Source: Scenedesmus sp. PABB004
Taxonomy: Eukaryota
Assembly (NCBI GenBank): GCA_014905635.1
Contig: JABVCE010000034.1
Span: forward strand, 1 to 64,000
Reading direction: 5' to 3'
DNA length: 64,000 nt
Numbering within the stretch: the first letter of the stretch is position 1; every line of letters starts with the position of its first letter. The notes under the pieces were generated by a model. It saw nothing but the letters and a program-made list of their open reading frames with translations. It had not been told where the DNA came from and ran no database searches. Of the stretch, positions 27,675 to 37,956 are shown piece after piece. The position numbers and the translations under genes were made by a program.

Positions 27675-27839
27675 GTAAGGTACCTGGGCGCGTGGCTGAC
27701 GGCCGACCGCAGCGCCCGCAGCTGGGACGCCCACCTGCAGCGCCGCAAGGCTGCTGTGGACAAGGCGTTCTGGGCTCAGTCGGCGGTGCTGCGCGAGCGG
27801 CGCCTGCCGCTGCGCCTGCGCCTCCTGGACGCAGTAAAG
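27675..27839 (+). mobile_element. Fragment resembling the C-terminal (YLG/thumb) part of a non-LTR retrotransposon reverse transcriptase
   Basis: VRYLGAWLTAD..SWDAHLQRRKAAVDKAFW..LRERRLPLRLRL follows the LINE YLG..W..H..KA pattern. Confidence 0.55.
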
Positions 27840-27938
27840 CTCTCCGGCGGCTCGCCAGCAGTACGCACGCGTCGGAAGCAGCACAATTTCGACGCCGGCG
27901 CCGCTTGTCCTGTCGGCCGCTCCCAGCTGCCGCCGGCG

Positions 27939-28727
27939 ATGCAGCCGCCACGCCGGTCGCACCAAAGGCAGCGTCATCATCTTCTCGTGCTGCTCCTAGC
28001 TGGGCAGGCGGCGGCAGCGGCGGCACCGGGGGCGGCAGCAGCGGCGGCACCGGCGGCAGCAGCAGTGCCGCCGCTGCGGCCTGCCCCGCGAGCAGCAGCA
28101 GCAGCGGCGCGCACGTGTGCCGACGGCTCGCCCGCGGCGCAGTGCGGCGGTGCGGAGGCGGCGGCGGCGCGGTCGACCTGCTCGCACGTGCGGTGCGCGC
28201 GCGGCACGGCGTGCAGCATGCTGTCGTGCGGCGGGCGCTGCAAGCCGCTGTGCGTGCGCGTGGTGCCGGCCGACGCCGCCGGCTGCCGGCCGGCACACCC
28301 GTGCGCCACGATGCTGTGCGCGCCGGGCACGGTCTGCGCCGTCACGAGCGTCGGTGCGGATGGGGCCTGCACCGCGGAGTGCCTGCGCCGGGATGACGGC
28401 AGCGGCGCCGGCTGCCTGGGCGGCACCGGCGTGCGGTGCTGGCGCAACCCGTGCGACGGCAAGGTCTGCCCGCGCGGCCGGACGTGCGAGCCCGAGTATT
28501 GCGGCGGCTGCTTTGCCGCCTGCGTGCTGGATCAGCCCTGCGCAGACGGGCGGCGTCGGCGGCCGTGCCTGGGCACTGCCGACCACTGCGCTGTCGCGGG
28601 CGCGTGGCCGACGCCGGGCACGGTCTGCCTGCCGGACCAGTGCCGCGACTGCGCCGCGGTGGGCGTGGGGCCCTGCGCGCCGGGGTGGTACGCGAGCGCC
28701 GACACCGCGTCGTGCCAACCGGGCTGA
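27939..28727 (+). CDS. Cysteine-rich, probably secreted protein (intronless)
   Basis: Hydrophobic stretch LLVLLLAG, then repeated C-x4-C-x2-G-x2-C modules and VRCWRNPC..CP..C..YCGGC. TGTAA at 28774-28778 downstream. Confidence 0.65.
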   Translation: MQPPRRSHQRQRHHLLVLLLAGQAAAAAAPGAAAAAAPAAAAVPPLRPAPRAAAAAARTCADGSPAAQCGGAEAAAARSTCSHVRCARGTACSMLSCGGRCKPLCVRVVPADAAGCRPAHPCATMLCAPGTVCAVTSVGADGACTAECLRRDDGSGAGCLGGTGVRCWRNPCDGKVCPRGRTCEPEYCGGCFAACVLDQPCADGRRRRPCLGTADHCAVAGAWPTPGTVCLPDQCRDCAAVGVGPCAPGWYASADTASCQPG

Positions 28728-29270
28728 GCTGGCGCCGGTCGAGGGCATGCACCATGCCCAAGGTTACTCTGTGTGTAACCTCCATCCCCCGCGCAGCCAG
28801 TCACCCCCGCCGAGTGAGGCAGTGCTGCCAGCCCGCGCGAGGAGGCCGCAAGTCAGGCTTCAAGCACTTGGCTGGACTCACATGGCTCAGGCTTGGGTCA
28901 GCGGCCGGACAGCCGCGACGCCTGATGCAGACATGATACCACTACCAGTATCGATCAAGACTGATAAGGCAGCCCCGCCGGCTCACGGTGCGGAGTGCGG
29001 CGAGGGGCGCGCACGCGCCCAACAGCCCCGGGCGACACACAAACGCCCCGCATGCCGTCCAGCTGCTGTCCAATGTGCCCCCCCCTCGAGTGTCTCGAGT
29101 GTCAAAGAAGAAAAGAACAAGCTGGCGACCAGCCACGCCGCCAAGAGCGGCGGCGCCGCCGCCCAGCGCGCTGCGCGTCCGTGTCGTGCTGAGCCAATGT
29201 TGGCTCAGCAGGCTCGGCGCGAGTCAGCAGCGCACAGCCCCCCCACCCCCTCGAGCTCGCTGCGGCCGCC

Positions 29271-32200
29271 TCATGCGTTGTCGTTGTCGTCGTCGCCATC
29301 GTCGCCCAGGCGCGCGACCTTGAGGGCCGGCAGCTGGCTCAGCGCGCGGCCGAGGCCGTCCCAGCGCATGAGCGTGGCACAGCCGGACGCGTCGAGCCAC
29401 TGCAGCGCGACCAGGCCGGAGCAGGGCTCCGGCAGCGCCCGCAGCGCCGCGCAGCGCGCGAGGGAGAGCCCCCGCAGGCTGCGCAGCGACGTGCCGACCG
29501 ACGCCGGCAGCGCCTCCAGGCGCACGCAGCCTGCGAGGTCCAGCAGCCACAGCCCATCCAGCTGGCCGAGCAGCTCGGGCAGCTCCACCAGCTCCGCGCA
29601 GCCCGCGAGCGACAGGGAGCGCAGCGACGTCAGCGTGCATAGGGGCGCGGGCAGCCGCTGCATGCCCACGCTGCCGAGCCTGAGTCGGCGCAGCGCCGGC
29701 AGGTTGCGCGGCGAGAGCCAGCCCATCATGTGCTGCGGCTGCAGGTCGTGCAGCACGAGCGCGCGCAGCCGCGACGGCGCCTCAAAGTGGGGCCGCCGCT
29801 CGCCGAGGTGCGCGGCCACGACCTCCAGCTCCAGCAGGCTCGTGCCGCCGCCCAGCAGGGCCGCGAGGTCGGCCACGCCCTGCGCACGCAGGACGCGCAA
29901 GTGCTTGGGCCGCGGCAGCCGCCCGAGGGGCTCCGGCAGTGCCAGCGCGTCCACGCCCACGCAGCGGCCCTGTCGGCGCGGCGGCGCGGCGGGCGGGGGC
30001 GCTGAGGGGCCGCCAGGCCCCGGGGCCAGCCGCGCGGCGCGGGCGGCGGCGCGCCGCGGCGCCCCGCCCCGCGCGGGCGCGCGCGTGCGCGGCCCACCTT
30101 GCCGCCGTCGCGGTGCGCGCCCGCCGCCAGCCGCGCCGCGTCGCCCGGGCGCCGCAGCACGAGGCGCACCTCCTGCCCGCCCGGCAACGCGAGGCGCGCG
30201 GCGAGGCCACGCAGCACGTCGTGCACGCCCACCGCGGCGACGCGGCCGCAGACCTGCCCCGCCTCTGCGCCGAGCGTCTCGCCGCGCCGGATGAGGCGCA
30301 ACGCCTCGAGCGCCGCCAGGTGCCGCGCGCCGTGCACCAGCTCGAGCTCGCCCCACGGCGTCTGGTTGCAGCGCGGCGCGCACGCAATGTCCAGCCACGC
30401 GGCGCGCAGCGGCGGCTCCAGCCGCTCGACCGCAAACGCCAGCCCCGCCGCGAGCGCGTCGGCGGCCGCCGCGCCCCGGCGGCGCCGCCCAGCACGCCGC
30501 CGCGCGGCAGGCGGCGCAGCAGCGCGCCCGGGTCGGCCTTGGCCTTGGCCTCCGCCGCCAGCGCCGCGCTGAGCAGCACCAGCGCGAGGGGGAGGCCCTC
30601 CGCAAAGTCCAGCGCGGCGTCCGCCTGCGCGGCGCTCAGCGCGACCCGGTCAGCGCCGCCACCGGTCAGCACCGCGCGCGCCGCTGGGCGCAGCAGCGGA
30701 CGCAGCAGCTGGCGGTGCACCGCGCCCGGCGGCAGCGCCGGCAGGCCCGGCGGCGCTGCGCTGCGGCTGGTGATCAGCAGCCGGCTCCTGCGAGCGGCAG
30801 CGGCAGCGGCGTCGGGCGCGCCGGTCAGCCGTGCATGGGGCGCGGGGAGCGCCGCAGCTGCCCAACGTGGCGCCGCCGCCCGCGCACACCCGGGCGCCAG
30901 CACGCGGCCCATGTTGGCGGGCAGCAGCTGCGCCGCCGCCGCCTCGGTGCCGGGCTGCTCGGGCAGGTTGTCCAGCACAAGCAGCAGCGGGCCACGCCGC
31001 CGCGCCGCGGCGAGCGCCTCCGCCAGCCACGCGGCGCCCTCGTCCGCGCTGCGCGGCGCGCCGCGGCCGCCCACGCCCTGCGCGAGCTTGCGCAGCAGCA
31101 CGCCCTGCGCCGCGCGCAGCGGCGCTGCGCGGTCGCCAGGCGCAAACTCGGCGTGCAGGCCCACCACGTGCACGCCGCCGGGGAAGGCACCGGCCTGCTG
31201 CAGGCGCCGCGCGAGCTGCTGCGCCAGCTCCGACTTGCCGACGCCGGGCAGGCCGTGCAGCAGCACGCCGCGCACGCCCTTGCCCGCGTCGGCCGTCAGG
31301 CGAGCCGTCAGGTCGTGGGCGAGGCCCTCAATGCCGTCTGCAGGCGGCGGCGGGCGGGGGAGGCAGGGAGGCAGGCGTGCCGGCACCTCAACGCGCGCCC
31401 GGGTCCGAGGCATCGGCGCCGGCCGCGCGGCCGCCCGGCCGCGCCCCACCCGCGCCTCGCGCGCGCACCCAGGGTGTGCAGCGGGCGGGCGCGCTGCAGC
31501 GGGGGCAGCTGATACAGCAGGGCCTCGTGGCGTTCGAGTGCGTCGAGCTCAGAGACCGACGCCACGAGCGCCGGCAGCGCGCGCCGCAGCTCGGCCACGC
31601 TCGCGGCCTTGGCGGCCAGCTCGGGCGCGCTCAGCGAGGCAGCGGGGAAGCTGGGCAGGCGGGCGAGCGGGCGGGCGGGGCGAGGTCAGCGGGCGCCGCG
31701 CGCCGCGCACGCGCCCGAGCCGGCCCGGCCCGCTGGGGTCCTCGGGTCGGTCGCCGCAGCGGCCACCCACCGCAGCGCCAGCGCCCCGCCCTGGACGATG
31801 AGGGCCTCGGCCGCCGCCGTCGCCACGAGGCGCGCGAGGCGCGACACGCGCGCGCGCTCGCCGTCGCACTGCTGCCCGCGGCCGAGCATCAGCCCCGGCC
31901 ACGCGGAGTTGAAGTCTCCGAGGAGGGCCCGGACCTCGCGCAGCAGCGCCAGGCCCTGCTCGGGCACGGGCGCAAAGGCCGACCACTGCTCCAGCGCGTA
32001 CGCCAGCAGCGCCCATGCCGGCGCGATGCTGTCGAGGCTGCAGCTCAGCGCGAGCTGGCGCGCGGCGCGCGTGCCCAGCGCGTGCCACGCGCGCGCCTCG
32101 GCGCCGCAGTCCTTGCCCTGCGGCGGGCGCCGGCCGGCGCGCGCGCGCGGCGCGGGCTCGTGGGCGTGTCCCGCCGGCGGCGCTCCGCCGCCGCGGCGCG

Positions 32201-32853
32201 TGGCGGCGGCGGGCGACGAGCGCGCTGCGCCGCCCGGGCGCACCTCGGGCTCGGCGTCGCGGAAGAGCCGCGCCGCGCGCAGCAGCGCCGACACGTAGCT
32301 GTGCGCCTCGCCGTCGTCGTCGGGCCGCGGCGGGGCGCTGCTGACGAGCTCGAGCGCGGCCCCGCCGCGCCGCCGGCCGGGCTGGCTGCGAGGCCGGTGA
32401 GCGCCTGCGGCGGCGGCGGCGGCAGACGTGGAGTGCCGCCGCACGGCGCCACTGTGTGTGCACGCTGTGGCAGCCTTGCCGGGCCCTGGCCAGGACCCAT
32501 GGGCTCACCTTGTCAAACAGCGCCAGCGCGCCGCCGCCCAGCGCGGCGCCGGCGCAGCGCTCGTGCTCCATCAGGCCGGCCAGCAGGCTCAGCAGCGCGT
32601 GGGCTGGGGAACTGTGCACCACCGCCCTCAGCTGCAGCTCCTGAGCCGGCGCCGCCGCCTCCTCCTCGCCCAACCGGGAGCTCGGCGGCGCGGCGGCCTT
32701 GGCGCGGCGGGCGCGCGGGTGCTGCTCCGGCGCCGCGTCCAGCTGCTGCTGCGCCTGCTCAGCCTGCTTGGCCGCCGCGCGGGCAGCCAGGGCGAGGCTG
32801 GCGTCGCGGGCCGCAGCCTCGCGGCCCCTGAGCGAGGAGCTGGCACACCCCAT
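29271..32853 (-). CDS. NB-ARC-LRR (NLR-like STAND) protein with an MGC N-terminus; two apparent frameshifts
   Basis: P-loop GLPGVGKS, Walker B LLLVLDN, RNBS-B SRLLITSR, GLPLAL, an MHD-like VHD and LRRs (LxxLxLxGCxxLxxLP). Frame breaks at about 32360 and about 30475. Confidence 0.85.
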
Positions 32854-33151
32854 TGCTGGCGAGGGCTCCTACTCCGCGCCTCGCCGCCCGGCTGGCCCGC
32901 GCACTGCACGGGCAAACGATTCGAGACTCTGGCGCTACGACGGTGGACCACCACGGTCAGGGCGGCGCGGCGGCCCGCCGCTGCCGTAGTGCCGCCGGCC
33001 CCGGCCGCGCTGCCGAACGCCCCAGCCGCACTGTGAGCCGTCCCGGAGCCTCTCTCGGCGCGAGGGGGCCACGGAGGGAGCTATGGTGTCACCACGAGCG
33101 TGTCGGCGCTCCCAAAAAACCGCGTCAGCGCCGCGCGGCCCGCCCAGCACC

Positions 33152-34034
33152 TCACCGCAGGCCCATCTGGCCCTCGCCGCCGCCGTCGCCGCCGCTCCTT
33201 GCGCCACCGCCCGACCCGGTGAGCCAGGGCACCAGCGCGCTCAGCTTGCTCAGCCGCGCAGCCGGCGGGCGCGCCGCCGCGGGAGGGGCGCCGGCCGCGT
33301 GCGCCGCCCACGGCGGCCGCGCCAGCGCCCGCTGCTCCTGCACCTGCTGTGCCTGCGCCGCGGCCCGCTGCTGCAGCCGCTCCATCAGCTGCTGCATCGC
33401 CACGTCGCTGCTGTCCGGCGGCGCGGCGTGCCGCAGGTCGATGGTCTGCTGCACGCCGCCCGGCTGCAGGCCCAGCGCGCCGCCCGCCGCGAGCGGACCG
33501 CCCGCCGCCGGAACAGGCGGCTGCGCCTGCCCGTACGCCTGCTGTTGCTGCTGCTGCTGCTGCTGTTGCTGCAGGAGCCATTGCGCGTACGGCTGCTGCT
33601 GCTGCGGCTGCTGCTGCTGCGGCTGCGGCTGCGGCTGCGGCTGCTGCTGCGGCTGCTGCTGCTGCTGCTGCTGCTGCTGCAGCTGCTGCTGCTGCAGCTG
33701 CTGATGCTGCTGCCACCACGTCGGCGCCCGCGGCAGGTCGCTGTGCATTCCCGGCTGCGAGTGCAAGGGCTGCTGCCATGCCCCGCCCGCCGGCGCAGCC
33801 GCGCTCTGGCCGGCGGCCTGCTGCGGCCGCGCGTCCCACTTTCGCTTGCTCCTGGTGGCAGCGCCGCCCCCCGCCGGCTCGCCGGGGTCGCTGCCCTGCT
33901 GGGCCCCCGCCCCCTGGGACTCTGCTTTGCCCGCTGCCAGCCGCGCCTGCGGCCGCGCCGGCCGCCCGCCAGGCGGCGCGGCGAGCTTGAAGCTGATCCC
34001 CGGCCGCCCGCCGTCAGCCTCTGGCGCAGCCGGC

Positions 34035-34085
<51 letters not shown>

Positions 34086-35125
34086 GGCTGCTGCTGCGGC
34101 TGCTGCTGCTGCTGCTCCTGCTGCTGCTGCGGCGGCGGCTGCTGCTGCTGCAGCTCGTGCTGCGCCTTGGCCGACGACTGCTCAGTCGGCGGCTGCACGG
34201 CAGCTGTGCGCTCCGCGGACGCTGATGGCGCAGCGGCGGCGGCCTGCAGCGCGATCGCCTGCCGCACTGCGGCCTGCACCACCGCCGCCTGCCGCTCCGC
34301 GCCCTGCTGCGCCGCGGCCTGCTGCGCCGCGGCCTGCTGCGCCGCGGCCTGCTGCGCCGCGGCCTGCATCAGAGCGATTCGCTGCGCCGCCGCCTGCTGC
34401 GCCGTCTCTGCGACCACTGGTCGCGGCGCTGCCGCCTGCTGCGCCGCCGGCTCCTTGGCTGACCGCGTCGTCGGCTTCCGCTGCAGCGCCTGCTTCTGCG
34501 CCTGCTTCGCCTGCTGCTGCTGCTGTTTCTGCCGCGACTGCTGCTGCGCCTTCTGGCCAGCCGCAGCCGCGGAGCGCGGCGCCGCGGCGGCGGCCGCGGA
34601 CGGGCTGCGCGCTGCTGCCCCTGCGCGCGCGGCTGGGGCAGCGCGCACCGCGTCTGGCAGGCGCTGCACCTGCTGGTTGACCTGCCGTAGCTGCTGCAGC
34701 CACGGCTGCTCGCCGCACACGCCGGCCGCCAGGTCAGCGAGCAGGCCAAAGCCCTCTGCCGCCGCCTGCGCGGCCGCCGCCAGGCCGCTGTCGGCCTCGC
34801 GCGCCGGTCGCTTCGCCGGGCTGCCATCGCCGTCGCCGCCGCCGCCGCCGTCGCCGTCGCGGGCGCGCTTGCGGCCGTCCCCCGCCGCGACGCCGCGCAG
34901 GCCGGCGAGCAGCGTGCCGAGCGCGCCCTGCAGGCCCGCCAGGCGCGCCTCCGCCTCCGCCAGCCGCTGGTCGCGCACCAGCAGCTCGCCGTAGAGCCGC
35001 TCGATCTCGGCGTCGTCCAGCGCCTGGACGAGCTCCACCGCGGCGGCGCCCGGCTGCCGCTGCTGCCCCGGCGCGAGCGGCGCCAGCGCCGTCACAGGAG
35101 GCGGCGGCGGTGGTGGCGCCGCCAT
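33152..35125 (-). CDS. Glutamine/alanine-rich low-complexity protein with a coiled coil and a bipartite NLS-like motif
   Basis: Long open ORF from ATG 35125 containing EIERLYGELLVRDQRLAEAEARL, RKRAR...PAKRP and polyQ tracts. Confidence 0.65.
33539..34150. repeat. CAG/CTG trinucleotide tracts encoding polyQ
   Basis: (CTG)n arrays at about 33539-33707 and about 34036-34150. Confidence 0.9.
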
Positions 35126-35552
35126 GGCCCCTTCAGCAGCAGCGCATGCTCTGTGGCGGGCCGGCCGGCCGAGCGGAGGCGCGGCGGGGACGGCGGGCGA
35201 GCAGAGGCCGCGCGCGTTGGCGGTTGCAGCCGTCGGCGGCGGGCGCGGATCAGCCACGGCGCTGCTGGCTGGCGCCGCGACGGGGCGACGGGTCGCCGCA
35301 GCGGGGCCGGGGACAGCGGGGTCCTGCGGTCGCCGCGGTTCGAAGGCGGCGTAGCAGCGGACGCGCGCCGCGCCAGCGCACACTCCCGTGGCGTCGCTCT
35401 CAGCGCACATTATTTCCGGACCGCTCGCAGCCCCCGCGCGGCCGGCGGTCGAAGCAGCCGCCGGCAAGCAGACCGCTGCTCGCCAGCAGCGAGCGCCGCC
35501 GGGCGCGGCGGCGAGCATCCATCAGCATTCGCCTGCAACGCCCCCTCTGCCC

Positions 35553-35780
35553 ATGGCCCTGGCCTGCGCAGCCGACCGCGCACCGCTCTGCGCCCGCCGG
35601 CGGCCGCCTGCAGCGCGGCGGCGGCAGCGCTGCAGCCTGGCCGCGCCGCGCGGGCACCGCTGCCTGCGCGTCGTCGCGACCAGCGAGTTCTGGTACGAGG
35701 AGGAGGAAGAATTTGACGGTGCGCGCAGCGCTGCGCCGCGGGCGCGGCTGCGGGTCGGTGCACGCGGCGCCCGCGCCCGA

Positions 35781-35817
<37 letters not shown>

Positions 35818-36463
35818 GCGCACGCGCACGCGCAGCGCTGACCGAGGTGCTGCCGCCCAAGCGCGTCCACGTCGCGACGCCGGCGGCCGCGCGCGCGGCG
35901 GCCGCGGAGCTCCGCGCGGGCGCGCAGCTCGTGGCGGCCTTTGCCAGCCCCGCGCTGGTGGACGCGGGCGACGCGGCGCGCGTGTGGGAGGAGCTCGGGC
36001 GCGCGGGGCCGCCGCTGTTCATCAAAGTCCGCGCGCGCGAGGCGCTGGGCGCCGCGGACGCCGCCGAGCCGGTGCGCGAGGCGCGGCGGCGAGCACGCGC
36101 GCGGCGACGCGCGGCGGCCGCGCCCGCCGCGCGGCCGTCTGAAAGCCCGCGGCTGACCCGCAGGGCGCCGCGGCCGCGTTCTGGGCGGAGCTGGCCGGCC
36201 AGAGCTGGCGAACCGCGCTGGACGCGGGGCTGCCGGGCGCGGCGGACGCCGCGGGGGCGGCCGAGGAGGTGCTGGTGCTGCTCGGCACGCAGGCAGGCGT
36301 GCGCGCACTGCTGGCTGGGGCGGCGGGCGCCGGCGCCGCTGAGACCTGGCCGGGCGGCGGCGTGGCGGTCGTCGCGCTCGCAGGCTGGAATCAGGGCGCT
36401 GAGCGGGGGCCGCTGGCCGACTGGCGAAGCCAACTGGCGCCGCGGCTCGTGGGTCTCAGATGA
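35553..36463 (+). CDS. Plastid-targeted protein, possibly a degenerate histidine-phosphatase fold, 3 exons
   Basis: Transit-like N-terminus. AARAAAAELR..AAFASP and EVLVLLGTQAGVRALL loosely echo the PGM fold, but there is no RHG motif. Confidence 0.5.
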
Positions 36464-36625
36464 AAAGACGCGCCTGCGCCGACTCCCAGGCTGCCGCGCG
36501 GCCCGGCCGCTCCGCTTCAGCCCTGACCGCGTCCCGCGCGCGCGCTCAACCCCATTTCACGCGTCCTCGACGCCCTCGACCCGGCCCTAGGCGTGTTCTC
36601 GGCCCAGCCTGCCCACTCGACAGCC

Positions 36626-37611
36626 ATGCCACGCCGCCGCCTCGCCGCTCCGCTGCTCGTGCCCCCCGCCGCCGCTGTGTTCGCGCTTTTGCTGTCCCAG
36701 GCGACCGCTCTGCCGCAGCTGTTCATTAATCGCGACGCCGGCAACAGCTGCACCGCGCAGCCGTCCCGCGCCTACGCCGGGCACGGCGGCCCGCGCGCGG
36801 ACCCGTGAGCGTGGCTGACCCAGGTGCAGCTCCCGGCCCGGGTTCCGCAGCTGCTGAGCCGTCCCGCGGCGCGCCGCCGCAGGGCCACGACGATCTCGGT
36901 CGCGCCGCTGGCAACCAGCGCGCCGGGCGCCAGCGCCACCAACGGCAGCGTGCTTGCGCTGTGCGCCGGGCAGCGTTACGAGCTGACCGTGAGCTTTGGC
37001 AGCGCCCTGGCCAACTCACTGATCACTGCAAGCGCGGGCACCCTGGACGAGCTCGAGCGCAGCGGCGGCACCACCGGCATGGCGGCGCGCGACGAGCAGT
37101 GGTGAGCGCCGCGCCGGGAGCTCTCTGGCGCATGGGCGGCAGGCGCAGGGCTGTCCTGACACCCTCCCCCCCCCCAACACACACACACACACACAAAATC
37201 AGCCCCAATCGGTACGCCACGCCGCGCATCACGAGCGCCGTCCGCCTCGCGCTCGAGGTGCCGGCCGACGCGGCCGGCGCGTTGACCATTGCGTCGACCG
37301 CGGCGCGCGGCGCATTTGACAGCTTCCGGTCCGCAAGCGCCACGCTGCCGGTGCTCAGCGGCGCTGCCTGCGGCGCGCCGCCCACGGGTGAGGTGCGCGC
37401 GCTCGACGGCAGCAGCGGCGGCGACGCCCCGTCGCCCCAGCTACCGCCGAGCAGCAGCCCCGCGCCGGCCGCGGGCGGCGAGCTGTTCGCGCCGGCGGCC
37501 GCGCCCGCGCCGCGTCCCGGCGCCGCTGCGAGCGGCGCGCGCGAGCTGACCGCTGCGCTGCTGCTGTCCGTGGCGGCGGCGGCGACGGCGGCGGCGGTGG
37601 CGGCGTGGTGA
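36626..37611 (+). CDS. Secreted, possibly GPI-anchored protein (Reeler-like), 3 exons
   Basis: Signal peptide, several Cys residues, a Ser/Pro linker and a hydrophobic C-terminus ([21 protein letters not shown]). Confidence 0.6.
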
Positions 37612-37956
37612 GCGGTGCGTGAGGTTGCCAGCGTGCGTCAGGCCGACCGCGTCAAACGCGTGCGTCAAATGAAGTCGAGCGGGCGACGGCTGGGCCGGGC
37701 GTGGGTGCCACTGCAGTCCGACTCCCTGGCAACACACTCCCCAGCGACTGACCGCACGCGCTGCGCCCACGCCTGCAGCGCACGGTCGGCGGCGCCAGCA
37801 CGCAGCACCGGCCGCGCTGCACGCTGCGCCGGCGCCTTGCCAGCTGCTCCGTAAGCACGGCCCTGGACAGTTTCGATCGCTTCCCGGCCGCGGAGGCCTC
37901 GCCGTGCGGTCGCCGCGCCGTGGGGCGGCTTGGCGGCAGCGGACGCCGGCGACCGC

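Noticed and set aside
25786..28396. Very long ORFs (836 aa minus, 816 aa plus) and similar Arg/Ala-rich ORFs across the window
   Set aside because: They are off-frame or antisense shadows caused by stop-codon scarcity at very high GC.
33083..34994. Poly-Cys and poly-Leu ORFs on the plus strand
   Set aside because: They are antisense readings of the CAG polyQ tracts.
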